A stretch of DNA of 64,000 nt from an uncultured Dehalococcoidia bacterium. Lineage in GTDB: Bacteria > Chloroflexota > Dehalococcoidia > Lucifugimonadales > CATQGZ01. The position numbers were made by a program, and so were the translations under genes. Below are positions 20,639 to 29,993 of this stretch, in pieces. Location of the stretch: assembly GCA_964570875.1 (NCBI GenBank), contig CAZMZE010000012.1, positions 9,948 to 73,947 of the forward strand. The letters are read 5' to 3'. Every line of letters starts with the position of its first letter. Position 1 is the first letter of the stretch. The notes beneath the pieces were generated by a model, which did no database searches, was not told the DNA's origin, and worked only from the letters and a program-made list of their open reading frames with translations.

Positions 20639-22123
20639 ATGAAAATGTCGACGGTCAAAAAATTGAACAACCAGGTTCGCAAAGCTGTAGAGTTCAAAGG
20701 TTTAGCCAATGGATCCACGGTCGTTGTAGCTGTTTCGGGAGGGCCAGATTCCTTAGCACTCCTTTATTCGTTGAAGGACTCAAGCACACGGTCGGGTTTC
20801 AAACTCCATGGTGCTCACCTAAATCACGAGCTCCGAGGGAAAGATTCTGACGATGACGCGCAATACGTGCACGGTATCTTTCACGATCTGAATATTAGCC
20901 ATACGGTTGCTAAAGAGAATGTCATTGTTTTCAAAACCCAACAGAGAATTTCATCTACCGAAGAAGCTGCACGAAATGTGCGTTATAGATTCCTAGCCAA
21001 GGTTGCACGGAACTCAAAAGCTGAACTGATTGCCACAGGACATACATCGGACGACCAAGTCGAAACAGTTCTAATGCATTTCCTTAGAGGTAGCGGATTA
21101 CATGGATTAGGGGGCATGAAAGAGTATTATGAAGGGGATTTCTATGGTATCCAATCCAATATTTTCAGACCCTTGCTTTCCATCTCACGCTCAGATACAG
21201 AATCTTACTGCAACAGTCTAGGAATTGAGCCCAGATATGATAAAACTAACTTATCCACAGATATTATCCGTAACAAGATTCGGTTGGAACTTATGCCCCA
21301 ACTTAAACTCTATAACCCTGCAATAAAGGAATCCGTCTTGAGGCTATCTAGATTAGCTACTATAGACTCAAATTATATCCAATCAGCAGTTTCAGCGGTT
21401 TTGCCAAATATCGGGGTTTATGATGGCAAAGACCAAGCTTTCACAGTTGATAAAAAGGCATTCACTGAACTACCAATGGCGCTAAAGGGTCATGTTATAC
21501 GTAGAATCATATTGATCATAAAAAATAACCTGAAAGATTTAGGCCACAGTCATATTGACTCGGTTATTAAAATGATTTGTGGACCAGCAGGGAAAACATT
21601 CAATCTTCCATCAGGCATGATAGTTACCATTGGATATAACACTGCAACCATAGGTTTTCATGATCCTGCATATTGTCCACTGCCAAAATTAAACGGCGAG
21701 CACAAAATAGACATCCCCGGAGAAACTAAAATCGGATCTTGGATTATCTGTTCAACTTTCACAAGGCAAACAGAACCTCTAAATACCCTAAGTAAATCCA
21801 ATTCCGATAATATCAGTGTAAATGGTCTATCCCCAAACACAACATACGATGCTATATTTGACAGCGCTTCTATGAACGGAACAATACTAGTACGTACTAG
21901 ACGTGACGGAGACCGATTCCAGCCTCTCGGAATGATTAACACCAAAAAGCTACAGGATTTTATGGTGGACAGCAAAATACCCAGAGCTTGCAGAGACCGA
22001 GTTCCACTAGTTGTTTCATCAAAAGGTATTGCTTGGGTTGTGGGATGGAGGCATTCAAATTGGGCTCGTGCTAAGGATGACGGTCGTGATAATTTGATGT
22101 TAAGCTTTTCTTATGAAAACTGA
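20639..22123 (+). CDS. tilS: tRNA(Ile)-lysidine synthase
   Basis: It has PP-loop VAVSGGPDS, GHTSDDQVETVLM and a C-terminal TilS domain (RTRRDGDRFQPLGM). Confidence 0.9.
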   Translation: MKMSTVKKLNNQVRKAVEFKGLANGSTVVVAVSGGPDSLALLYSLKDSSTRSGFKLHGAHLNHELRGKDSDDDAQYVHGIFHDLNISHTVAKENVIVFKTQQRISSTEEAARNVRYRFLAKVARNSKAELIATGHTSDDQVETVLMHFLRGSGLHGLGGMKEYYEGDFYGIQSNIFRPLLSISRSDTESYCNSLGIEPRYDKTNLSTDIIRNKIRLELMPQLKLYNPAIKESVLRLSRLATIDSNYIQSAVSAVLPNIGVYDGKDQAFTVDKKAFTELPMALKGHVIRRIILIIKNNLKDLGHSHIDSVIKMICGPAGKTFNLPSGMIVTIGYNTATIGFHDPAYCPLPKLNGEHKIDIPGETKIGSWIICSTFTRQTEPLNTLSKSNSDNISVNGLSPNTTYDAIFDSASMNGTILVRTRRDGDRFQPLGMINTKKLQDFMVDSKIPRACRDRVPLVVSSKGIAWVVGWRHSNWARAKDDGRDNLMLSFSYEN

Positions 22124-22937
22124 TCACCCAATAGGAATTAACGGCAGATTAGCTATAGACATCGCCCAGGATGCGGCCCGAACTGCAGGAACAATACTCA
22201 AAGCCGAATTCGGCGGGATTAGGAATATTTCTTATAAAGGCAGAGGCAATATAGTTACCGAAATGGACACTAAAGTGGAATCTGCTATATTTGAAATACT
22301 TGGCAAAGAATTCCCGAAAATGCATTTGATTGGAGAAGAGTCCGCTTCAGGCAATATACCAGCGAAGGGTTATTCTTGGATCGTTGATCCACTGGACGGT
22401 ACAAGGAATTATGCATCAGGGATTCCGTTCTTTTCTGTAGTTATTGGGTTAGTACACGATGGGGAAGTACTTCTGGGTGTTAACTATGATCCCATGCTTG
22501 ATGAAATGTTTTCTGCTGCGCGAGGCGAAGGGGCTTTCCTAAATGGGCAGTCTCTCAGTGTGGGAGGAGGGAAAACTTTGGACCAATGCATTCTAGGAAT
22601 GGATATGAGTTACAACAATGAGGGCGCTGCAAACGGTCTTGAAGTAATCAAGTCAATATGGCCAGGAATGCAGACTTTGCGGGTGAATGGGAGCTCTGCG
22701 TTAGGAATTTCTTACGTTGCTGCAGGTCGTACAGATCTATATTTTAATCATCAACTCGCTCCATGGGATCAGGTGGCTGGCCTAATTTTAATAGAAGAGG
22801 CGGGTGGAGTCTCAACCGACAGATCTGGACACAGAGCAACTATAAACAGTGATGGTATCATTGCAACAAACCAGTCCCTTCTCAATCAATTTATGGAAGC
22901 CACTGACGGTATGAATTGGAGAAAGACAACTCATTAG
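22113..22937 (+). CDS. inositol monophosphatase / SuhB-CysQ family phosphatase
   Basis: It has LIGEES, WIVDPLDGTRNY and APWDQVAG motifs. Confidence 0.9.
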   Translation: MKTDHPIGINGRLAIDIAQDAARTAGTILKAEFGGIRNISYKGRGNIVTEMDTKVESAIFEILGKEFPKMHLIGEESASGNIPAKGYSWIVDPLDGTRNYASGIPFFSVVIGLVHDGEVLLGVNYDPMLDEMFSAARGEGAFLNGQSLSVGGGKTLDQCILGMDMSYNNEGAANGLEVIKSIWPGMQTLRVNGSSALGISYVAAGRTDLYFNHQLAPWDQVAGLILIEEAGGVSTDRSGHRATINSDGIIATNQSLLNQFMEATDGMNWRKTTH

Positions 22938-22947
22938 GGATTTATTT

Positions 22948-22970
22948 GGGGATTGAAGTTTCACAACCCC
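22948..22970. terminator. weak hairpin in the 33-nt convergent spacer (possible bidirectional terminator)
   Basis: GGGGATTG - aagtttca - CAACCCC gives 7 bp with one bulged A. It lies between the stops of the IMPase gene and htrA. There is no clear U-tract. Confidence 0.25.
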
Positions 22971-24248
22971 TTATGAAACTGGACGAGAATCCAGCTCAAC
23001 GGTTCCTTCTAAAAGTGATCCGTTTCGGTAGAAGCTTACTTGTACAACCGTACCAGCTCTATGCTCGAGAAAAAATTTCGACATTTGACCTGTGGATGCT
23101 AGTTTTTCTCCTCCCAAGCTTATGATCACATCTCCTTTACGTAATCCCAACTTTTCAGCAGCTGATCCCTTAACGGTTCCAATAACAACTATCCCATCCT
23201 CCACTGGCACGCCAAGATCATAAGCAATTGTAGGATTCAAATTAAGTGGTTTAATACCCAGAAAACCTCTTTCGACCAACCCTTTTTCGACAAGCTGTAT
23301 GGCCACTGTTGTTACATCATCGATATTTAGAGCAAAGCCTATATTTTGGCTACCTGCAATTATCGCGGTATTAATTCCCACTACCTCACCTTTTAAGTTA
23401 ACAAGAGGTCCTCCGCTATTTCCTGGGTTTATAGATGCGTCTGTCTGTATGAGATCTACAATTGTGTTTTGTTCGCCTAATGAGATGGAGCGCTTCAAGG
23501 CACTTACCACACCTCTACTAACCGTAGGACCTCCAGCCAAGCCAAGCGCATGGCCAATAGCAACTACATCCTCTCCCACCACTAGATTACTCGACTGTCC
23601 CATCTTGGCTGGCTGCAAACCCTCAGCCTCTATTGATATTACAGCCGTATCGGTAATCATATCTGTGCCCACTATGCTGGCAATATAATGATCCCCCGTG
23701 CTCAGTGTTACGTTTATCACCTCTGCCCCAATAATAACGTGGTTATTGGTCAAAATGTGTCCAGATTTATCAAAAATAACACCAGTACCAACCCCGTTTG
23801 ACGGGATTACTTGATTGAAAGCGGCTATATTAGCTCTTTCTGATGTTATTTGGACTATTGAAGGAGATAGCTTCCTGACAACGTCCTCCGTAGATAATTT
23901 TGGGGGATTAGATAATGAATTCTCACTAGAATATGTGTGGATAGGATCTGGCAAAGTAAATTTGGACTTCGGTTTTTGTGCTAAATCTAAATCTGTTGCT
24001 GAATTTCTATGTCCAGATATTTCTTTATCCAAGACACCCTCAGTGTTTAGAGGCATAAAAGGAGTATTAATTTTGCCTAATGTGTCTACATCGTTTCCTG
24101 TGAAATTATATATTGAACCTGTTTGCTGATCCTGAATATTATGCCTGCAAGCCAACGTTAGTGATAGTAAAAATACCAATAACAGTGGCAACATATACAT
24201 GTTTCTATGTATCAAACCTATCTCCTCCAAGATAAATTCCGATTTCAA
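22971..24248 (-). CDS. htrA: HtrA/DegP-family serine protease with PDZ domain, probable lipoprotein/secreted
   Basis: It has an N-terminal hydrophobic segment with LTLAC, TNNHV (His), the DTAVI Asp context, GNSGGPL (Ser), and a C-terminal PDZ (GDVIISLGGEKL). Confidence 0.9.
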   Translation of the reverse strand: MKSEFILEEIGLIHRNMYMLPLLLVFLLSLTLACRHNIQDQQTGSIYNFTGNDVDTLGKINTPFMPLNTEGVLDKEISGHRNSATDLDLAQKPKSKFTLPDPIHTYSSENSLSNPPKLSTEDVVRKLSPSIVQITSERANIAAFNQVIPSNGVGTGVIFDKSGHILTNNHVIIGAEVINVTLSTGDHYIASIVGTDMITDTAVISIEAEGLQPAKMGQSSNLVVGEDVVAIGHALGLAGGPTVSRGVVSALKRSISLGEQNTIVDLIQTDASINPGNSGGPLVNLKGEVVGINTAIIAGSQNIGFALNIDDVTTVAIQLVEKGLVERGFLGIKPLNLNPTIAYDLGVPVEDGIVVIGTVKGSAAEKLGLRKGDVIISLGGEKLASTGQMSKFFLEHRAGTVVQVSFYRNGSLLEGTVELDSRPVS

Positions 24249-24305
24249 TTATTACAACGTTGTTTACAAATATTGGGTTAGTACGAATTTGTGATAATTG
24301 GAAAT

Positions 24306-24347
24306 AAAACAGACCGGGCAGCTTTTTAGAGCTGCCCGGTCTGTTTT
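24306..24347 (-). terminator. strong rho-independent terminator downstream of rpsU
   Basis: It is a perfect 17-bp inverted repeat, AAAACAGACCGGGCAGC (24306-24322) / GCTGCCCGGTCTGTTTT (24331-24347), with an 8-nt loop. T-runs flank it on both strands. It lies 20 nt after the rpsU stop. Confidence 0.85.
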
Positions 24348-24366
24348 ATTTCCTAAAGATTTTCGA

Positions 24367-24555
24367 CTATCGGGTTTTACGACGCCGCATTCTGCGCACA
24401 CTACGCTGTTTGTCTAGCCGTTCTTGCTCGCCTTTAGAACGAAAGTATCTTCTGTTCCTAAGCTCTCGAAGAATTCCAGAACGCTGCATAGACGTCTGGA
24501 ATCTCTTTAAGAGATTCTCTCCGTCCTCTCCATCACGCAAGGTAACAAACGACAC
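24367..24555 (-). CDS. rpsU: 30S ribosomal protein S21
   Basis: It is a 62-aa, very basic protein (..LLKRFQTSMQRSGILRELRNRRYFRSKGEQER..RRMRRRKTR) with a GTG start preceded by TAAGGAG. Confidence 0.9.
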   Translation of the reverse strand: MSFVTLRDGEDGENLLKRFQTSMQRSGILRELRNRRYFRSKGEQERLDKQRSVRRMRRRKTR

Positions 24556-24592
24556 TACTTCATCTCCTTATTAAACACATTTAAGTCCTTGG

Positions 24593-24622
24593 ATTATAGC
24601 ATACCAAAATATAGACTCTCAA
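24593..24622 (-). promoter_or_regulatory. candidate sigma70-type promoter of rpsU
   Basis: The minus strand has TTGAGA (24622-24617), an 18-nt spacer and a perfect TATAAT (24598-24593), about 40 nt upstream of the GTG start. Confidence 0.45.
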
Positions 24623-24643
24623 TAATGCTAAAAAATACCTGAG

Positions 24644-25387
24644 CTATAAAATCGGCCATGGAACGTCTCTGTATGGATCTAGTGATGGTAGAGCCTGGTG
24701 TTTAAGAAGTATGTTCAATCTGTGTTCAAGGCTTCCAATCTCTGTATTGTCTAGAATATGGCTTAATTTACCTCCCAAACAATTTTTGTTTTCAAGGGCT
24801 AGGGAGAGTAATTCTAGATCTTTAATAATCTCATTAGGGTATGGTTGGCCCCATAGTTCGAGCATTACCGTCCGAACCTTGAAAGATGCATGCATGGTTA
24901 ATCCGTGGTCGATACTCCAAATCACATTTTTATTGCCTAGCAAGCAGTGGCTGGCTTTCCTATCTGCATTATTTATCAGCGCATCAAAGACTGCCATTTT
25001 ATGAAGCTCATCTCTACTATCCTTGATAAGCTCAAAGTATGTAATGGAAGGTTCATGATCTATGAAAAGTTGTATTGATCCTAGGCCATACGGACCATCT
25101 CTAATAGTGGTCATTGGGATATTGGGCCATCCTAATGTTCTACTGATCAAATATGACGCATATTCTCTTTTATATAGTGTTCCTTCTGGGAAATCATGCA
25201 AGAACCGTTCACCATCTTTAGGTTTGTAAACCGCTTTAACATAAGAACTAGAACCTGCGCACAGTTGGACCAAGAAAGTTGTGTTCGACCCTTGAGCCAA
25301 TTGCGATACAACTACAATATCGCCTTCTCCTAGCGCTCGTTTGGCTTCAACCATTGTAGGGTTTTGGGAGTGTGTCGACTTTTTCAA
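24644..25387 (-). CDS. PI3/PI4-kinase-like (SCO1664-type) uncharacterised protein
   Basis: It has a kinase catalytic-loop-like NNADRKASHCL followed by SIDHGL (the DFG-equivalent). It is 247 aa and adjacent to a DUF3090-type gene. Confidence 0.7.
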   Translation of the reverse strand: MKKSTHSQNPTMVEAKRALGEGDIVVVSQLAQGSNTTFLVQLCAGSSSYVKAVYKPKDGERFLHDFPEGTLYKREYASYLISRTLGWPNIPMTTIRDGPYGLGSIQLFIDHEPSITYFELIKDSRDELHKMAVFDALINNADRKASHCLLGNKNVIWSIDHGLTMHASFKVRTVMLELWGQPYPNEIIKDLELLSLALENKNCLGGKLSHILDNTEIGSLEHRLNILLKHQALPSLDPYRDVPWPIL

Positions 25388-25415
25388 TTAGAAGTTGTTT
25401 TATTCGGTTTCCAAA

Positions 25416-25925
25416 TTATTGTTGACGATAGGTAGCATGTCCATTTGATTTCGGACATGTGTGGATCCCATTTTCTATGGGTTCAGAGCAAAGCAGACAT
25501 ACAGGCCTTCCTGAAGCACAAACATTAAGGCTTCCTTCTGCAAATTTTTGAGCTTGGTCACCAGTGACCCATATTCTGAGTGTGGTATCAAATTCGCTAT
25601 CTGGTGATATATCAGTGGAATCTATAACAATCCTATCGGTGGAATTGTCATACCACAACTTTAAAGAGCCCGCTTTGAATTCAATATTCCGATTGAATTC
25701 TTCTCCGCTCCATACGTTATTACCCCCAATATTGGGCTGTTTAAGCGAAGCAAACAGCTGTTTGATTGCTATCGCGATTTGATAGAGCTGTTCTTTCTCG
25801 ATCCAGAGAATTGCTGAACCTGTTGTGGAAAAGGCGATTATCTTAAAGGTCCGATTTCCCGGTTGACCCTCAGACTCCGCTATTAAATCCTTAAGTTCTT
25901 GTATCTCATATCTAGCCTTATCCAT
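25416..25925 (-). CDS. DUF3090-type zinc-ribbon protein (function unknown)
   Basis: It has GQPGNRTFKIIA near the N-terminus and a C-terminal Cys/His cluster, GRPVCLLCSEPIENGIHTCPKSNGH. Confidence 0.7.
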   Translation of the reverse strand: MDKARYEIQELKDLIAESEGQPGNRTFKIIAFSTTGSAILWIEKEQLYQIAIAIKQLFASLKQPNIGGNNVWSGEEFNRNIEFKAGSLKLWYDNSTDRIVIDSTDISPDSEFDTTLRIWVTGDQAQKFAEGSLNVCASGRPVCLLCSEPIENGIHTCPKSNGHATYRQQ

Positions 25926-26039
25926 TGTTATGTATAGTAATACCCTCTCTGCTAACCTGCAAATAATTTTGTGTTAGATAGTAGAATACTAATAGGTGGT
26001 TAAAATATAAATTGGAGTTATTTAAATAACATTAAATAT

Positions 26040-26639
26040 ATGGAACTACTACTCGCGACTCATAATTCAGGTAAGGTTAGGGAGCTATCTAGGCTCCTTG
26101 GCTCTCCTGAATTCAACATAATTTCACTGAAAGATGTCGGTATTGAACATGAAGTTGAAGAAACTGGCACAACCCTAGAAGCTAACGCATCTCTCAAAGC
26201 CTCTTTTTATTACCAGCTCAGTTTTATGACCGTTCTATCAGATGACTCGGGTCTAGAAGTTTCGGCACTAGGGGGAGCTCCTGGTGTTCACAGTGCAAGA
26301 TATGCAGGCAATAGTGCAACAGATAGCGAAAGAATAGAATATTTACTGAGTAAGCTCAAAAATTACGGGATTGGCCCCTGGGAGGCTAAGTTTAGATGCG
26401 TGATTGCGATTGCATGGAACCAAGATGATGTAGAGTTGCACTCAGGTGAATGTTCTGGCTTAATAGTTGACCGGCCGCGTGGCAAAACTGGTTTCGGTTA
26501 TGATCCAATATTCTTCATTCCCAAGCTTGGAAAAACCATGGGTGAATTGTCTATTGAGGAAAAAAATCAAATCAGCCACAGGAGTATTGCTTGTAGCAAG
26601 GCTCTACGAAGCTTGGAGATACGATTGACTAAACAATAG
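26040..26639 (+). CDS. rdgB: non-canonical purine NTP pyrophosphatase (RdgB/HAM1 family)
   Basis: It has LLATHNSGKVREL, DDSGLEV and GFGYDPIFF motifs. Confidence 0.9.
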   Translation: MELLLATHNSGKVRELSRLLGSPEFNIISLKDVGIEHEVEETGTTLEANASLKASFYYQLSFMTVLSDDSGLEVSALGGAPGVHSARYAGNSATDSERIEYLLSKLKNYGIGPWEAKFRCVIAIAWNQDDVELHSGECSGLIVDRPRGKTGFGYDPIFFIPKLGKTMGELSIEEKNQISHRSIACSKALRSLEIRLTKQ

Positions 26640-26710
26640 TAACCCATCGTAGTAAACTGATTGATGTGAATTGTTATTGAGCTGATAACTAGAATGTCTT
26701 TGGAGTTGAT

Positions 26711-27724
26711 GTGCAAGCAACAATTAATGACCGTTTCGACCGTCCATTCAGAGATCTGCGGATATCTGTTACCGATCGGTGTAATTTTCGCTGCACTTAT
26801 TGCATGCCTGCAGAGATCTTTGGTGAAAAATATCAATTTCTTCCTAAAGCCAAACTCCTAACCTTTGAAGAAATTACTAGGCTTGCACAACTTCTGATTG
26901 GTTTGGGCGCAGTCAAAATACGGCTCACTGGCGGTGAGCCATTGGTTAGGAACAATGTTGAGCAACTGGTATCTATGCTATCTAAACTACCTGGTTTAAA
27001 AGATCTTACAATGACCACAAATGGGTATCTCTTGCCTCAAAAAGCCCAGTTACTTAAAGACGCAGGCCTCGACCGTATTAGCATAAGCCTAGATTCGCTG
27101 GATGAAGAAACTTTTAAAGTGATGAATGGTCGCGGCTTTAGCACCAACAAGGTTATTGACGGTATCTCTGCAGCTGAGGAAGCTGGATTCAGTCCCTTAA
27201 AGATCAATTCCGTTGTACAACGGAATGTCAACGATTCGTCTATCCTAGGCATGGCCCGTTATTTTAAAGAGCGGGGACACACAGTAAGATTTATAGAGTA
27301 TATGGACGTTGGCAATCGAAACGGCTGGAAATTAGACCAGGTGGTGCCCGCAGAGGAGATCGTTTCCAAGATAGATGCCGAAATGCCCTTGGAACCAATA
27401 AATAATAACTATCGAGGAGAGGTTGCTTCGCGGTACAAATATAAAGATGGTTCTGGAGAAATTGGTATTATTTCTTCCGTAACGAATCCCTTTTGCGGAG
27501 ATTGTACTCGCTTACGACTGTCTCCCGAGGGAAGAATTGTCACATGTTTGTTTGCGAGTTTAGGAACAGACCTTTTGAGCCCTATAAGGGCTGGTGCTTC
27601 AGATAACGAACTGACAAACATCGTCACTGATGTGTGGCGAGGCCGCAGTGATCGATATTCAGAACAGAGGTCATCAATGACGGAACGTACTGAAAAAGTG
27701 GAAATGTATCACATTGGTGGGTAA
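26711..27724 (+). CDS. moaA: GTP 3',8-cyclase MoaA (radical SAM)
   Basis: It has [17 protein letters not shown] (CxxxCxxC), a C-terminal second cluster [10 protein letters not shown], and a terminal ..HIGG. It has a GTG start with SD GGAG. Confidence 0.95.
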   Translation: MQATINDRFDRPFRDLRISVTDRCNFRCTYCMPAEIFGEKYQFLPKAKLLTFEEITRLAQLLIGLGAVKIRLTGGEPLVRNNVEQLVSMLSKLPGLKDLTMTTNGYLLPQKAQLLKDAGLDRISISLDSLDEETFKVMNGRGFSTNKVIDGISAAEEAGFSPLKINSVVQRNVNDSSILGMARYFKERGHTVRFIEYMDVGNRNGWKLDQVVPAEEIVSKIDAEMPLEPINNNYRGEVASRYKYKDGSGEIGIISSVTNPFCGDCTRLRLSPEGRIVTCLFASLGTDLLSPIRAGASDNELTNIVTDVWRGRSDRYSEQRSSMTERTEKVEMYHIGG

Positions 27725-27944
27725 ACACAGCCTTAGCCTGAAATAACACAGCAAGCCTTCTGGATTGCCTCTATCAGATGAAAAATCATTCTTTGACCGA
27801 GAGCAGCTGTGTAATCCTAATTAGAAAATTTGGTTCTATGGTCGATTCTGGTGTACGCTTAGTTTCCCCATTGGGCCCGTAGTCTATTTGTTAAAAATAG
27901 GTTAGTTGTGAATATATGACATTGAGATTATCACAGGAGCTATA

Positions 27945-28835
27945 ATGTTCGAAGGGTTTGCCGGCGAGCTAATAACTACAAAAACTACCAGTATCAACCT
28001 TGTTCGAGGAGGAAAAGGCGATCCCGTTTTGCTGCTACATGGGTATCCCCAAACACATGTGGAGTGGCATAAAGTAGCACCAATATTGGCGGAAAACTAT
28101 ACGGTGATTGCTCCTGACCTACGAGGATACGGTGACAGCGGTAAGCCACCTTCTGGCAATGATTTGTCGACCTACTGTAAACGGACATCTGCTCAAGATC
28201 AGGTCGATGTCATGAACATTTTAGGCTTTGATTCATTTCACGTTGTCGGCCATGATAGAGGAGTGAGAGTAGGACATCGCATGGCATTGGACTATCCTGA
28301 GAAGGTAAGATCATTGACTTCTCTGGACGTCGTAGCATCTCAGGCCGCTTTTGAAAATATGAATTCAGACCTATCCTTTGCTTGGTTCCACTGGCATCTA
28401 ATGCGTCAGCCATCGCCTTTCCCTGAAACATTGATCGGCAACAGCGCAAAAATATACTTGGATTTTTTGCTCGAGCGATGGACGGCTGTTGAAGGAGCTA
28501 TAACAGATGAGGCTTACTCTGAATATTTGCGATCTTTCACTAATCCGGAAACAATAAGGGCTTCATGTATGGATTACAGATCTGTTGAGCTAGACTTAGT
28601 TCACGATGATGTGGACCGTGGAACCAAATTAGCTTGCCCAATGCTGGTGCTGTGGGCAAGTAATATGAACAAGAGACCCGGATGGCAAACTGGTGGGAAA
28701 TTAGATATGCTCGACACTTGGAGGGAAAGGGCTCACAATGTTCGTGGTCACTCTATAAACTGCGGGCACTTCTTACCCGAAGAAGCACCTAAAGAAACTA
28801 CAGAAGCAATACTGAAATTCTTGGAAGATTGTTAA
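27945..28835 (+). CDS. alpha/beta hydrolase of the haloacetate (fluoroacetate) dehalogenase / epoxide-hydrolase-like group
   Basis: It has LLLHGYPQTHVEWHKVAP, an Asp-nucleophile elbow VVGHDRGVRVGHRMALD, then FHWHLM, CMDYR and CGHFLPEEAP. Confidence 0.75.
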   Translation: MFEGFAGELITTKTTSINLVRGGKGDPVLLLHGYPQTHVEWHKVAPILAENYTVIAPDLRGYGDSGKPPSGNDLSTYCKRTSAQDQVDVMNILGFDSFHVVGHDRGVRVGHRMALDYPEKVRSLTSLDVVASQAAFENMNSDLSFAWFHWHLMRQPSPFPETLIGNSAKIYLDFLLERWTAVEGAITDEAYSEYLRSFTNPETIRASCMDYRSVELDLVHDDVDRGTKLACPMLVLWASNMNKRPGWQTGGKLDMLDTWRERAHNVRGHSINCGHFLPEEAPKETTEAILKFLEDC

Positions 28836-28850
28836 TCTATAACACTTAGA

Positions 28851-29972
28851 TTGGAAGGTAATTACATGGACATTGCTGGATATAGACTTAACGACCCGGA
28901 TAGCATCGACACTCCTGCATTCCTAGTATACGAGGAAATGGTCCATCACAATATTCGTGAAATTATTAGAGTGTGTGGTTCAGCCGAACGGGTAGTCACG
29001 CATGTGAAGACCCATAAGTCAGTAGAAGTGTTAAGGCTCCAAATTGCCGCAGGATTGACTTCTTTTAAGTGTGCCACAATTAGGGAGGCCGAACTTCTCG
29101 CTGAAAATGGCGCACAGGAGATAATTATCTCATATCCTTTGGTGCACCCTGTGAAACTGAGGTCTTTGGTTGAACTGATTGGGCTCCACCCTGAAATTAC
29201 ATTTAAGGCTATTGCCAGCACTCCAGAACATCTTGCTTCCCTTTCGGGCGTTGCATCATCTGCAGAAACTGATTTAGGTGTCTACATGGACCTTGACACC
29301 GGCATGCATAGGACGGGAGTTCAACCAGGACAAGAAGCGGCTGACTTTTTCGCCACAATCGCATCAACTCCCGGCTTGTCAGCTCTTGGTGTCCATGTTT
29401 TTGATGGGCACACCCTGTACAAACCTTCAAAGTCAGAGCGAATGGCTCTAGTCGACAAAAGTATAGAGAATATCCGAGCTGTATGGGAAGATGCCTCTCG
29501 GCGTGGTATAGAGGCACCTGACAATGTTGCCGGAGGCTCGTGGTCTTTCCATCTCTATTTGAAAGAAAATCGTTTGAGAGTCTCTCCAGGTACTTGGGTT
29601 TATTGGGATTCTCGCAATGCCACAATGCCAGAGCTAAATTTTCAAGTTGCAGCTGTAGTTCTTGGACAAGTAATTGACGAGGACCACCATCGAGGTACAG
29701 TGACTCTTGACACGGGATCGAAAGCTGTGTCTCCTGATCAACCTACCGAACATCGATTTAAGGTTATTGGACACGAAAAAGCCGTAGTTACTGCTCAAAG
29801 TGAGGAACACGGTGTTGTGCAATTGAACGGCTCAAATCTCCACGTTGGAGAGATGGTACTTGTGGCGCCTGGCCATGCATGTACCACAACCGTCAAATTT
29901 CCACATGCTTTAGTGGTGGATCGTAATGGTGATGTGATAGGCAAATATGGCCACCAAGCACGTGATCATTAA
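28851..29972 (+). CDS. PLP-dependent D-amino-acid enzyme (alanine-racemase-N fold; D-threonine aldolase / D-serine dehydratase-like)
   Basis: It has TPAFLVYEEMVHHNI, a candidate PLP lysine in HVKTHKS, and a C-terminal D-serine-dehydratase-like domain (GHACTT). ATG 28866 is a likely alternative start (GGAAGG upstream). Confidence 0.7.
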   Translation: MEGNYMDIAGYRLNDPDSIDTPAFLVYEEMVHHNIREIIRVCGSAERVVTHVKTHKSVEVLRLQIAAGLTSFKCATIREAELLAENGAQEIIISYPLVHPVKLRSLVELIGLHPEITFKAIASTPEHLASLSGVASSAETDLGVYMDLDTGMHRTGVQPGQEAADFFATIASTPGLSALGVHVFDGHTLYKPSKSERMALVDKSIENIRAVWEDASRRGIEAPDNVAGGSWSFHLYLKENRLRVSPGTWVYWDSRNATMPELNFQVAAVVLGQVIDEDHHRGTVTLDTGSKAVSPDQPTEHRFKVIGHEKAVVTAQSEEHGVVQLNGSNLHVGEMVLVAPGHACTTTVKFPHALVVDRNGDVIGKYGHQARDH

Positions 29973-29993
29973 CCACAGGTGTTTTTATAGATT

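Noticed and set aside
23299-23688. 129-aa and 104-aa ORFs (23815-24129) antisense to htrA.
   Set aside because: The same reasoning applies. The htrA frame carries the full His/Asp/Ser triad and PDZ motifs, and the antisense frames carry nothing recognisable.
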